Notes: a model not told the origin generated them from the letters alone. Counted from the first letter of the stretch, positions 1-9,945 are shown. The stretch is 64,000 nt of DNA from Minisyncoccota bacterium (GCA_041664205.1 JBAYLF010000001.1:3380-67379), one strand, 5' to 3'. Translations and numbers: made by a program.

Positions 1-123
1 TTTCCCAGTGTTATAACGTAAAATAACTACATTAAGAAAACTTCCAATTATAATACCGAATAAGAATACAAAGGTGGAAAAATAATAAAACATAAATTAA
101 TTAAATTTAAAATACAAGTTCTG

Positions 124-639
124 CTATCGTTTCTTGTCATAGCAATACTTACCCTTATCAGAAGCATTGCATGGTTGATTACTTGCACCATCAAAATCAG
201 CTCCACCCGCACAGGCTGTTTCAGCTCCAGCATTATCACCACTCATATTTGCTGCGGCTTCAAGAGAAGCGCCTATATGATATCGTGTGCAAAGACCAGT
301 AGACCCGACAACTCCACTATAAGAATAATTTCCTCCGAGTGGATCATTTGGAATAGAGCCTATATAATTTGGAACAAGCGATGCTACTAAATCACTATAT
401 GCCGCAGGGTATCTTCCATTATTAGCAAAATAAAATTCCAACGCCACAGAAATATTACTGACATCTGATACTCTTTTAGCGTCGCGAGATTTCATTCTTG
501 CAGCACTAGCACTTGCAATAATAATAGAGGAAAGAATACCGATAATAGTGATAGCAACCAAAAGCTCTATAAGAGTAAAACCTTGCCTATGCAAGCAAGT
601 CGCTTCAAATTTTTGTTTATTTATTTTTAAAAGTTTCAT
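124..639 (-). CDS. Type IV pilin / GspG-like pseudopilin
   Basis: Prepilin cleavage motif G|FTLIELLVAITIIGIL, followed by ARMKSRDAKRVSD and YP...PNDP; Cys-rich C-terminus. Confidence 0.9.
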   Translation of the reverse strand: MKLLKINKQKFEATCLHRQGFTLIELLVAITIIGILSSIIIASASAARMKSRDAKRVSDVSNISVALEFYFANNGRYPAAYSDLVASLVPNYIGSIPNDPLGGNYSYSGVVGSTGLCTRYHIGASLEAAANMSGDNAGAETACAGGADFDGASNQPCNASDKGKYCYDKKR

Positions 640-667
640 TTAAAATTTTTATAAATTTCTAATTCAT

Positions 668-830
668 TAGACCTCTTGCACAACCTCAATTTCGTTTATT
701 TTCTGAAAATTTCGGCTGCAAACTTTCAAAAAAGCCTCGTCTCTATGCTATAGAGCCTTGCGTTTTTTTGAAAAGTTTTCGCTCGAAATTTTCAGAAACT
801 AATTCGAAAGCAGATTATGCAAGAGGTCTA
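668..830. repeat. Palindromic miniature element (RPE/CIR-like MITE)
   Basis: 13-bp perfect terminal inverted repeat TAGACCTCTTGCA...TGCAAGAGGTCTA, extended imperfect arms and a central hairpin. Confidence 0.75.
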
Positions 831-909
831 TTTTAATTATAACATTTTAAAAAACAAAATACCCAACACCATTGCTGATGTTGGGATATTTTGAAATCTA
901 AAAATTAGA

Positions 910-1380
910 TTATGAACATATTCCCGCTGCTGCTGTGCCTGCCTTATTCCAACCTTGGTTATCAACACACCATGAACCAGTTCCCTTTAAAAGAGATACT
1001 GAAACTGCCCATTTCTGGCCAGCTGCATCGGTGTTACATACCATAGTTGCGCTTGAAGCTGCATTTGTTCCTGCTTGATCAAGAGCTCGGCTTACAGCTG
1101 CGTCAGCAAACACTGAGCCTGCTGTTCTGTTGCCAGCTGTTTTACAATCTGCAATAGTTACAGCTGTTGAACCATCAACATTGTATCTATTACTATTGTT
1201 GTCGTAAAAGATTTCTGCTTGTGTTCTTATACCTGAAAGGTTAGCTCTTACAGAAGCGTCAGCTCCTTTTGTTCTTGCTGAGTTTAAGTTAGCAACAACA
1301 ACTGCTGAAAGAATACCAATGATAGCGATAACTACCAAAAGTTCAATAAGAGTAAAACCTCGTGACATTTTCTTTATCAT
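910..1380 (-). CDS. Type IV pilin, probably the major pilin (start reassigned from 1458 to the ATG at 1380)
   Basis: MIKKMSRG|FTLIELLVVIAIIGIL; C-terminal WCVD motif; own -10 box TATAAT at 1465-1470 and a downstream hairpin at ~858-892. Confidence 0.9.
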   Translation of the reverse strand: MIKKMSRGFTLIELLVVIAIIGILSAVVVANLNSARTKGADASVRANLSGIRTQAEIFYDNNSNRYNVDGSTAVTIADCKTAGNRTAGSVFADAAVSRALDQAGTNAASSATMVCNTDAAGQKWAVSVSLLKGTGSWCVDNQGWNKAGTAAAGICS

Positions 1381-1490
1381 TTGTTTTTTTAAATTATTTG
1401 CAAATAATTTAATATTAAATCGACCGTTATCATTCCTTATTAAGAATGATAAGTGCACGTAGTCATTATATCAAAAAATTCTAAAGAATA

Positions 1491-1519
1491 TGTGGATAAA
1501 ACTAAGTATATGTGGATAA
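1491..1519. promoter_or_regulatory. Two tandem DnaA boxes upstream of the pilin promoter
   Basis: TGTGGATAA at 1491-1499 and 1511-1519 (consensus TTATCCACA on the minus strand), 20 bp apart. Confidence 0.6.
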
Positions 1520-1612
1520 ATTGTATATAAATACTGAATATAAAAACAAAACATTCACTAAGTCTATAGTGAATGTTTTAAATCTATATTTTAATCTAGA
1601 AATTTTAGATTA

Positions 1613-2077
1613 TTACTCAGAACATATTCCATTTGCCGCTATACCCGTTTTGTTCCACCCAGAACTATCAACGCACCATGAGGCTTCTGATGCATCCTTA
1701 AGCGGTGAAATTGACGAGGCCCACTTTTGTCCGTCAGTGCTTGTGTTGCAAACTTGAGTTGGACTAGCACCAGCATTAGTAAGTGCATTCTCCAATGCGC
1801 GCGCAACTAGAGGGTTAGTAAAAACACTTTTGCCATTTGCATCTACGCTCGTGCAATCAGAAATATCAAGACCGTAAGTATTTTCATTGTCATCGTAATA
1901 AATTCCTGCTTGAGATCTTATAGCAGTGAGATTTTCTTTTACAGCAGCATTTGATCCTTTTGATCGTAAGTTACTGATATCTGGAACTATGATCGCTGTG
2001 AGAATGCCGATAATCGCAATAACAACCAAAAGTTCGATAAGAGTAAAACCTTGTGATATTAATTTTTTATTTTTCAT
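1613..2077 (-). CDS. Type IV pilin, paralog of the 910-1380 pilin
   Basis: G|FTLIELLVVIAIIGIL; VCNT..GQKWA..WCVD..GWNK shared with the neighbouring pilin. Confidence 0.9.
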   Translation of the reverse strand: MKNKKLISQGFTLIELLVVIAIIGILTAIIVPDISNLRSKGSNAAVKENLTAIRSQAGIYYDDNENTYGLDISDCTSVDANGKSVFTNPLVARALENALTNAGASPTQVCNTSTDGQKWASSISPLKDASEASWCVDSSGWNKTGIAANGICSE

Positions 2078-2100
2078 AATATATAAATTAAATTTTTAAA

Positions 2101-3309
2101 TTACATTCCTGCAGAAATATTATAAATAGGAATAAGAACAGATGCAAGTAAAATTCCAACACCTAATCCTAAAGATACAATCATAACTGGTTCAATAAGA
2201 TCAACAAGAGTGTCTACGGCGTTCATAACTTCACGCTGATAAAAATTTGCAAGAGTGTGAAGTATACTTCCGAGTTCAGCAGTCTCCTCTCCGACTTTGA
2301 CCATCTGAACCATAATTGAAGGAATTTCCGGATACCTAGCAAGTGAGTTTGAAAGCGAGCTTCCTCCTTTTACAGCATTAAGAGTGTCTCTTAAAATTCC
2401 CTTATAAATATCATTATCGACTACAGCTAATGTAATTTCGAGAGCCCGCACCATAGAAATACCGCTAATAAGCATCGTGTTCATGTTGTCCGCAATTCTT
2501 GATAGATAAAGTTTTCTGTATAATGACCCAACATAAGGAATTGATATTTTAAAACGATCGAACATTACATGACCCGCTTCAGTTCTGATAAATCGATAAA
2601 GAAAAAATCCTCCAACTATAACAAGAATTAGTAAAAACACTCCGTAATCTACGAAAAAATTACTGAGCATAATAACAACTTTCGTATAAAAAGGAACCGC
2701 TTGTCCTGATTCAAGCAAGATTGCGCTAATTTTAGGAATAACAAGAGTAAGCATTAATACCATAACAGTAACGAATGTAAAAATAATGAAAGCTGGATAG
2801 ATTAATGCGTTTTTTGCTTTTGTTACGATTTCGTATGATCTATCAAGATAATCAGCTAGATATTTAAATATTTCGTCGAGTTTTCCTGACTCTTCTCCAG
2901 AAGCAACCATGTTTACGTAAAATTCAGAAAAAACTTTAGGGTGCTTGCTGAGCGCTTTACTTATTGAACTTCCACCTTGAAGATCATCAGAAACTTCGCT
3001 TAATGTCTTTCGTAATAAAACATTTTCTGATTCATTTGCAAGAAGCCTAAATATTCTAAGTGCAGAAACTTGAGCTTGAAACAAAGTCGCCATCTGACGA
3101 GAAAGAATAACTACGTCTTTGTTAGATACTCTGTTTAAAAAAGAAATGTTGGTCTTAAGTAACGAAAATTCTGATTCAGCATTAGCGATATGAGAAATAA
3201 TAAAACCTCGTCGCTGAAGCGATCCTATTGCAACATCGACATTTACTGCTTCTATGGAACCTTTTTGTTCAGCACCTGTTCCATCAATAGCTGTGTAATT
3301 AAATAACAT
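2101..3309 (-). CDS. pilC: Type IV pilus platform protein PilC (GspF family)
   Basis: Two GspF domains (MVASGEESGKL, MVKVGEETAEL), ALIYPAF, LIEP motifs. Confidence 0.95.
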   Translation of the reverse strand: MLFNYTAIDGTGAEQKGSIEAVNVDVAIGSLQRRGFIISHIANAESEFSLLKTNISFLNRVSNKDVVILSRQMATLFQAQVSALRIFRLLANESENVLLRKTLSEVSDDLQGGSSISKALSKHPKVFSEFYVNMVASGEESGKLDEIFKYLADYLDRSYEIVTKAKNALIYPAFIIFTFVTVMVLMLTLVIPKISAILLESGQAVPFYTKVVIMLSNFFVDYGVFLLILVIVGGFFLYRFIRTEAGHVMFDRFKISIPYVGSLYRKLYLSRIADNMNTMLISGISMVRALEITLAVVDNDIYKGILRDTLNAVKGGSSLSNSLARYPEIPSIMVQMVKVGEETAELGSILHTLANFYQREVMNAVDTLVDLIEPVMIVSLGLGVGILLASVLIPIYNISAGM

Positions 3310-3350
3310 GGTATTTATTCAAAAAATTTTCTAATTTACTAATTTATTTT

Positions 3351-3473
3351 TAGAAATTTTATATTCGGATGCAGTTCGAGGCGCGAGCGAGGAGCGAACC
3401 GAGCAATACTCTGAGTATTGTGAGGGAGCACCGGAGCTCGCAACGAAGAAATGCGCCGAATATAAAATTTCTA
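3351..3473. repeat. Palindromic miniature element (RPE/CIR-like), copy 1
   Basis: 18-bp perfect TIR TAGAAATTTTATATTCGG / CCGAATATAAAATTTCTA; GC-rich core homologous to 24228-24398. Confidence 0.8.
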
Positions 3474-4535
3474 CTATATTAATTTTTCAAGTGTCTTCGA
3501 GTTCAATGAATACTGATAAGCATTTTCAATGGTTATCTCTCCGTCTCTAACAAGATCGGCAAGCATTCTGTTCATATCTATCATGCCAGATTCCATACCG
3601 GTTTCAATAACAGTATTTATTTCATGAGTTCTTTTTTCGCGAATAAGATTTGAAACTGCGTTATTATTAATCAAAAGTTCATAAGCTGGAATTAAGCCAC
3701 CAGAAATGCGAGGAATAAGTCTTTGAGAAAATACTCCGGCCAAGCTTCCTGCTAATTGAATACGAATCTGATCCTGCTGTGATGGTGGAAATGAGTCTAT
3801 GATACGATCAATAGTCTGCGCAGCATTGTTTGTATGAAGTGTAGATAAAACAAGGTGACCCGTTTCAGCAGCCGTTACAGCAGAAGCTATTGTCTCTAAT
3901 CCTCTCATTTCTCCAACCATTATCACGTCTACGTCTTCACGAAAAACGCTTATAAGAGCGCGGTGAAAACTGCTGGTATCGAGCCTGACCTCTCTTTGAT
4001 CTATGATTGATCTTTTTTGTTCATACACATATTCGATAGGATCTTCAATTGTAACTATATGCTCTGCTCTTTCACTATTAATAAGGTCAATCATTGATGC
4101 AAGCGTAGTAGTTTTACCTTGTCCTACAGGACCCACAACCAAGAAAAATCCCTGTTGCTTTCTTGCAAAAGTTTCAAGAACTGGTGGAAGGTTAAGAGAT
4201 GCGAGAGATTTTATATCTTTCGGAATAAGACGAAGTGCAACGCTTACGCTGCCTTGCTGAAAAAAACCATTTCCTCTAAATCTAAATTTATCCTGATAGT
4301 TGTAAGAAAAATCAATTTCCTTTTCTCTTTTAAAAAGTTCCAAATTTTCAGGAGTTAAAAGCACATTTAAAAATCCTTCGCTATCTTTTTTTGATACAAC
4401 ATCTTTTTTTATTAACGGTATCAAAACTCCAGCAACACGAATTGTTGGATGTCTTCCTTCAGATATATGCAAGTCTGAAGCAGCATTTTTAAAAACTGTA
4501 TCTATTAATTCTTCTAATTGCGCTTTGTAATCCAT
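3474..4535 (-). CDS. pilT: Twitching motility retraction ATPase PilT
   Basis: ASDLHI, Walker A GPVGQGKTT, TIEDPIE, AAETGHLVLSTLH. Confidence 0.95.
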   Translation of the reverse strand: MDYKAQLEELIDTVFKNAASDLHISEGRHPTIRVAGVLIPLIKKDVVSKKDSEGFLNVLLTPENLELFKREKEIDFSYNYQDKFRFRGNGFFQQGSVSVALRLIPKDIKSLASLNLPPVLETFARKQQGFFLVVGPVGQGKTTTLASMIDLINSERAEHIVTIEDPIEYVYEQKRSIIDQREVRLDTSSFHRALISVFREDVDVIMVGEMRGLETIASAVTAAETGHLVLSTLHTNNAAQTIDRIIDSFPPSQQDQIRIQLAGSLAGVFSQRLIPRISGGLIPAYELLINNNAVSNLIREKRTHEINTVIETGMESGMIDMNRMLADLVRDGEITIENAYQYSLNSKTLEKLI

Positions 4536-4563
4536 TTTTTATTTATTAATAAATTAATTAAAA

Positions 4564-4962
4564 TTATTTTTTACTCTCATTAATTATTCTTGTAACCTGT
4601 TCTACAACTTCAGAAGGTATAGTGCTAGCTTTAACTATGTAAGCTTTAACTCCAAGTGATTTTGCTTTATCAAAATCAGAATTCTGACTTTGATTAGAAA
4701 GTACGACTACAGGCACATTTTCGATAAGCTTCTTTTTACGCACTTCTTCAATTGTTTCCAATCCACTCATGCCAGGCATAACAACATCGATTACAACAAC
4801 ATCGGGAACATATCCTCCTTCTAGTTTTTTGATCATATCTGCACCATTTGTGGCAAATTCAATAACTGCTCCGTTTTTTGTAAACTTCAACGCATACATA
4901 TCTAGAAGAAATTTATCATCATCGATTAGAAAAACTTTATACTTTGGATTTGTTTCATTCAT
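4564..4962 (-). CDS. Single-domain response regulator (CheY-like receiver); start reassigned to the ATG at 4962
   Basis: LIDDD, IDVVMPGMSG (phospho-acceptor Asp), YIVK. Confidence 0.9.
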   Translation of the reverse strand: MNETNPKYKVFLIDDDKFLLDMYALKFTKNGAVIEFATNGADMIKKLEGGYVPDVVVIDVVMPGMSGLETIEEVRKKKLIENVPVVVLSNQSQNSDFDKAKSLGVKAYIVKASTIPSEVVEQVTRIINESKK

Positions 4963-5023
4963 ATTGATAATTATATCACATTGATAATCCACCAAAAGCT
5001 TCTAATGTGTATTTGAACACCAA

Positions 5024-6751
5024 TTACAGTGCGTTAACTTCCTGAAATGGAATTTCACCCTTCAGTGCTTTTATATATGCGTCTTCTTTCATTGTTATCA
5101 AACCATTTTTTCTAACAACTTTCATAATTTCTACTTCTGTAGGATTTTTCAAAATAACTGATTGTAATTCCGTATTCATTTTAAAAACTTCAAACACACC
5201 AATTCTTCCGCGAAGCCCTGTAGGACATTCGGATGAAGGGACCGGCTCATATACGTCACTTACCTCAGGAATTTCGCTTTTAAACTCAGATGGCAAATCT
5301 TCAAATTCTTTTTCAATGATTGTTTTTATTGTAGGTCGTAATGATTCTATTGGTTTTCCAGAACCAGCTGGACTTATTTTTCTAACTAAACGTTGCGCAA
5401 TAGCAAGTATTAAAGTTGGAGCAATAAGATATGGATCAACGCCCATATCCACAAGACGTGGAACAACTCCCATGGAGTTGTTTGTGTGAATTGTTGAAAA
5501 AACAAGGTGACCTGTAAGAGCTGCTTGAACTGCGAGTTGAGCAGTTTCTTTATCTCGAATCTCTCCAACCATTATGATGTCTGGATCCTGACGTAATGTC
5601 GTGCGAAGACCTGAAGCAAATGTATAGCCAATCTCCGGATGAACCTGTGACTGGTTCATACCATCAATGTTATATTCGATAGGATCTTCGAGACTAAGCA
5701 CGTTATCAGTTTCCCTATCAACTTCATTTAACATTGCATATAAAGTTGTTGTTTTTCCTGATCCTGTAGGGCCTGAGATAAGAATTAATCCATAAGGTCT
5801 ATCAATACCCTCGCGAATCATTGCAAGATTTCTAGGTGTCAAACCCATTTCATCAAGAGGACGAACTCCTTTTTCTTGGTCAAGAATTCTCATCACAACT
5901 TTTTCTCCATAATATGCAGGAAAAGTAGAAACACGAAAATCAATCTTTCGATCAGCGATACGTGCACTGAAGCGACCGTCTTGTGGCTTTCGCTTTTCAT
6001 CAAGCTTCATATTGGAAAGAATTTTTATACGAGCAACCATGGCAGAATGAACTTTCGCTGGAAGAACTAGGCTTGTTTGTAGAACTCCATCGATCCTAAA
6101 TCGAACGCGTATTTTGTCCTTTAAGCTTTCAATGTGAACGTCGGAAGCATTGGCTTCAACTGCATAATGAAGCACAGTTGCGACAATCTTTGTAACTGGA
6201 GCTTCCTCAATTATTTTTGTTTCGCCAGGCGCAATTTTATATGACTCATCTCTCTGTTTTTTAATTTCTTCTTCTTCTTCTGTAAGTTCACTTTCCAGCT
6301 CTGTAATAGCTCTGTTCACCTCTCCAGTAAGACCCTTATACATAGCTAAAACTTTCTCAAAATCTTTTTGAGAAATTACAAATATTTTATAAGGTATATT
6401 TATTTTTTCAGAAATAAAGTTAAGAGCATCACGTGCTTCAATATTATCTGGATCCACAAGACCAACTTCTAAAATACCTTCAGCAACTCCAAGAGGCACG
6501 AGCTTATAATGATTGGCTGACTCTTCTGGTATGTATTGTAAAACTTCAGAAGGAATAGCTTTGTCTTCAACGATTTTTTTTGGTATTCCTAAATACTCGC
6601 TTTTTGCATCTACAATACTTTCTGGACTAACGCCCTTTGCTTCTAATAAGACTTCGACATTATTTTCACCACTTTTAACAGCTTCAGTGATAGTATTAAG
6701 ATCACTTTCGCTGATAATATTTTTTTTAGCTAAAATTTCAAGAAAACTCAT
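5024..6751 (-). CDS. pilB: Type IV pilus assembly ATPase PilB (GspE/PulE family)
   Basis: ASDVHIE, PQDGRF, GPTGSGKTT, LRQDPDIIMVGEIRD. Confidence 0.95.
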   Translation of the reverse strand: MSFLEILAKKNIISESDLNTITEAVKSGENNVEVLLEAKGVSPESIVDAKSEYLGIPKKIVEDKAIPSEVLQYIPEESANHYKLVPLGVAEGILEVGLVDPDNIEARDALNFISEKINIPYKIFVISQKDFEKVLAMYKGLTGEVNRAITELESELTEEEEEIKKQRDESYKIAPGETKIIEEAPVTKIVATVLHYAVEANASDVHIESLKDKIRVRFRIDGVLQTSLVLPAKVHSAMVARIKILSNMKLDEKRKPQDGRFSARIADRKIDFRVSTFPAYYGEKVVMRILDQEKGVRPLDEMGLTPRNLAMIREGIDRPYGLILISGPTGSGKTTTLYAMLNEVDRETDNVLSLEDPIEYNIDGMNQSQVHPEIGYTFASGLRTTLRQDPDIIMVGEIRDKETAQLAVQAALTGHLVFSTIHTNNSMGVVPRLVDMGVDPYLIAPTLILAIAQRLVRKISPAGSGKPIESLRPTIKTIIEKEFEDLPSEFKSEIPEVSDVYEPVPSSECPTGLRGRIGVFEVFKMNTELQSVILKNPTEVEIMKVVRKNGLITMKEDAYIKALKGEIPFQEVNAL

Positions 6752-6878
6752 AAATAAAAAAATAACACTTACGCATGTAACCTTATAGTATAATTAATTC
6801 GATCAATTTGTTTTTTAATCAGAGTTGTAACTGTTTCAAGCGTAGTGTTACATACTATTTGTGTTACATTTCAAACTT

Positions 6879-7274
6879 TTAATTAAAATTTAAATTTTGC
6901 TGATTTTTCGGTGCAGTAGAAGGTGCGCTTAAGCTCGCCGTAGAAGGGGCTATCGCTTCACCTTGACCTATAGGTAAGAATGGATTCCTTCTTCCTACAG
7001 GTTGATCAGGAATAGTTACACTAAAGTCAGACAAGCTCATAAATATTTCGCTTTGAAAAATAGAAGTATCAAGAGATATTTTACTTAGATTGTTTAATTG
7101 GGAAAGAATTTCCTGACCTTCGGCTATTTGAGATTGATCCGTCTGATTTTGAGAAACTAATAAATCGGAACTTGAAGCATCTTTTTTAGGAAAAAAATAA
7201 AGATAAGCCATAAATAAAATAATAACGGCAACCACTCCTATTATTAAATTCTTAAATTTTTTGATAAATTCCAT
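6879..7274 (-). CDS. Membrane-anchored pilus accessory protein (PilP-like position)
   Basis: N-terminal TM helix, GRRNPF motif, follows pilO in the operon. Confidence 0.6.
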   Translation of the reverse strand: MEFIKKFKNLIIGVVAVIILFMAYLYFFPKKDASSSDLLVSQNQTDQSQIAEGQEILSQLNNLSKISLDTSIFQSEIFMSLSDFSVTIPDQPVGRRNPFLPIGQGEAIAPSTASLSAPSTAPKNQQNLNFN

Positions 7275-7321
7275 TTAATTATTTTTAGTATAAATTTTAT
7301 TTGAGTTTAAGAACTCTAATT

Positions 7322-7930
7322 TTAACTAACTGGCGTTATAACATTGGCTGCGGGTGTGTTACCAACATTACCTGAATTTAAATCGAGCCAATAAGTTTGT
7401 ATCGTGACATTGTATTCATTCAAATTTTCTTTTGATGATTTAAATGATATTGAACTAATATCTGACAATCTTAGACTGCCTTCCATGTCTTTAAGAAAAG
7501 CTAAAAAATTATCATATGAAGCAGCTACAATAAAACTTAATTTGATCGAATTCAAACCATTTTCTTCTAAAATAGGTTGTGTAATAGCGCCTGCCTTCTG
7601 AGTTGTTCCTGTATTTTTTGCAAAAACAATTTTCTTGATAGTCATTCCGTATCTATGAGCAATGCTATCGATATCATTAACAAGCTTAACATTATCAACA
7701 TTGTTAGGTAATAACTTATCAAGTCGATCAAGCTGATCTTGAGAAATAGTGTTATATTTTTTCATGAGTTCATTTCTAACATTCCTTAATTTTGTCGCAT
7801 TAGCTAAAGCATCACTATACTTTTGATTTTCCACGGTTAAAGATTTAACATCCTGATATGTCGGATTTAATACTCCAAAGAAAAGCGCTATAGCCCCTCC
7901 GAGAAATATAATTGGTAAAAAATTTTTCAT
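7322..7930 (-). CDS. pilO: Type IV pilus alignment protein PilO
   Basis: N-terminal TM and coiled coil, LLP...SYDNFLAFLKDMEGSLRL; position after pilN. Confidence 0.8.
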   Translation of the reverse strand: MKNFLPIIFLGGAIALFFGVLNPTYQDVKSLTVENQKYSDALANATKLRNVRNELMKKYNTISQDQLDRLDKLLPNNVDNVKLVNDIDSIAHRYGMTIKKIVFAKNTGTTQKAGAITQPILEENGLNSIKLSFIVAASYDNFLAFLKDMEGSLRLSDISSISFKSSKENLNEYNVTIQTYWLDLNSGNVGNTPAANVITPVS

Positions 7931-7948
7931 AAAATAATTGTGATTGTT

Positions 7949-8623
7949 TTAATTAGCAGGTGCTGATACTGGTAATGATAGTGTGTTTGTTCCAGCGTCA
8001 TTAGCATTATCAGCATCCATATCATTCACCTTAGATAATGAAAGTAAATGTTCATAAGAAACCAAAAGAGGATCGAGGGTAGAATTAAATGAAAATACAA
8101 CATTACCATTAGATCCTAAATCCAAATCAGAAACTATTGGACTTTTTATCATATTATTCTGTGCAAAAACATCTGACTGAAGAGCTATTGTGCTATAATC
8201 TCTCGCTTCACCTCTTAGAGATAATGATATGTTTCCATCGCCTATGCTTTCGTATCCCATTTCTGAAAACGAAACATTCTGTAGTGTTGATTTTTCTAGA
8301 ACATCAAAAATACTTGAAACAACTAAATGTCTTCTTAATAACTTCTTTGATAATTCAATTCTTTTATCTAGAACAATGAGTTGTTGAATTAATTCGGATG
8401 AGAATTCTGACTTAGCCTTAGCAATACTATCTTGAGCATCAGTAATTTGCTTATTTAGAACCCCCTTCCATAAAATCATTCCTCCAGAAACTACAAGAAT
8501 TGTTAGAAAAACAATAAGTGACAAAAATAAAAACAAACCAATACCGCCTTCTGAATTAACAGAGGTTCTTTTTTCTTCAATAGGCTTTTTAGGTATAAAA
8601 GATGTTTTAAAATTTTCTTCCAT
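7949..8623 (-). CDS. pilN: PilN-like alignment protein
   Basis: TSFIPKK N-terminus, TM, LSLRGEA; lies between pilM and pilO. Confidence 0.7.
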   Translation of the reverse strand: MEENFKTSFIPKKPIEEKRTSVNSEGGIGLFLFLSLIVFLTILVVSGGMILWKGVLNKQITDAQDSIAKAKSEFSSELIQQLIVLDKRIELSKKLLRRHLVVSSIFDVLEKSTLQNVSFSEMGYESIGDGNISLSLRGEARDYSTIALQSDVFAQNNMIKSPIVSDLDLGSNGNVVFSFNSTLDPLLVSYEHLLSLSKVNDMDADNANDAGTNTLSLPVSAPAN

Positions 8624-8688
8624 TTAGTTATATTATATTACGAAAAAACAAAGTATTATAGGCAACTATCCACAGTCTTGATAGTCAG

Positions 8689-9822
8689 CTACTCGAATTC
8701 TTGTAGCTTTCGCAATGCAATACCAACAGCAACAGAAAACTCAGGGCCAGTAAGCCTTAAAATCTCCTCCAAGAACGCTGGTGTTTCAACTTTTGCAAAA
8801 GGATTACCTAAAACTGCATCTGTTTCAAATCCGCTTTTAGAAAATTCTAACAAACCATTAAGAGCGACGCCTCCTCCTGTAAGAATAGTTTTGAGGATCA
8901 TCTTATTATATTTTTTTTGATAATTTAAAATAAAACTATTTGTTTCAGAAAATATATAATCGAGAGTAAGTAATATAACGTCCTTAACATCCTTATCGTT
9001 TATTTTTTGATTTGGAGCATATGCTCTTTTTATCTTTTCTGCCTTATCAACAGGAACATTTAGCGCGCTCGCAATATTTAAAGTTATGTCTTGAGATCCT
9101 CGATTTATAAGGTGAGAATTTTTTATAACACCTTTCTCAACAACATAAAGTTTTGTTGTTGCTGCTCCCATATCGAATATCATTACTGGTGATTGTTCAT
9201 TTTCTAGAACTGCACGCATTGCTGAAAACATTTCTATCTCAAAAAAACTCGCGTGAAGAGAAGACTTAGTAACAATATCTTGGTAAGTGTTCAAAACAGA
9301 GTTATGAATCGCAACAACTAAAACTGTCGTCTTCTTATCTTTATCGACTTCATTGTCTACAGGCTCGCCTTCAAACTGAACTTCCTGATCATATTCTTTT
9401 GGGAGTATTGTCCAATCAAGACTTACTTCTGAAATAGGAACTGGAATATATTTTCTTGCCTCAAGTGGAATCATTTCAGCAAGTTTTTTTTGATCCAGTG
9501 TTGGTATATCTATAAGAGTCACTAGACTTGAACGGAAAGGGATTGATATCGCACAATTCTTAGTAGTAACATTGGCCTCTTTCATCAGGTCTAATAACGC
9601 TTCAGCGATTTTATCAGAAGAAAGATTTGTAGCTCTACCAACTTCTAAGCCAGCATAAGGACCGAGAGCTAATGCGCCATAAGTTTCAAGAACGGCACGT
9701 CCTTTTTTTCTCTTTAGCTGAACAACCTTAATAGAAGATGATCCGAGGTCTATGCCTAAAACGCTAGTCTCATCTTTTTTAAAAGGATTAAATTTTAAAA
9801 TATTTTGTAAAATATCTGCCAT
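8689..9822 (-). CDS. pilM: Type IV pilus assembly protein PilM (FtsA/actin-like)
   Basis: LGIDLGSSSIKVVQL, FDMGAATT, ILTGGG, AVGIALR. Confidence 0.95.
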   Translation of the reverse strand: MADILQNILKFNPFKKDETSVLGIDLGSSSIKVVQLKRKKGRAVLETYGALALGPYAGLEVGRATNLSSDKIAEALLDLMKEANVTTKNCAISIPFRSSLVTLIDIPTLDQKKLAEMIPLEARKYIPVPISEVSLDWTILPKEYDQEVQFEGEPVDNEVDKDKKTTVLVVAIHNSVLNTYQDIVTKSSLHASFFEIEMFSAMRAVLENEQSPVMIFDMGAATTKLYVVEKGVIKNSHLINRGSQDITLNIASALNVPVDKAEKIKRAYAPNQKINDKDVKDVILLTLDYIFSETNSFILNYQKKYNKMILKTILTGGGVALNGLLEFSKSGFETDAVLGNPFAKVETPAFLEEILRLTGPEFSVAVGIALRKLQEFE

Positions 9823-9945
9823 TATTTAGAATGTTATAGGCATATCTGCTATTTTATATATACGCAGATAGGCAAAACCAATTTATACATTTTTATTATA
9901 TCATACCAATAATGGTAAGATACCAACAATACACACATAAACACT

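Noticed and set aside
1491-1530. oriC at the tandem DnaA boxes
   Set aside because: Only two perfect boxes, no dnaA or dnaN nearby, and no switch in gene orientation; a promoter role fits better.
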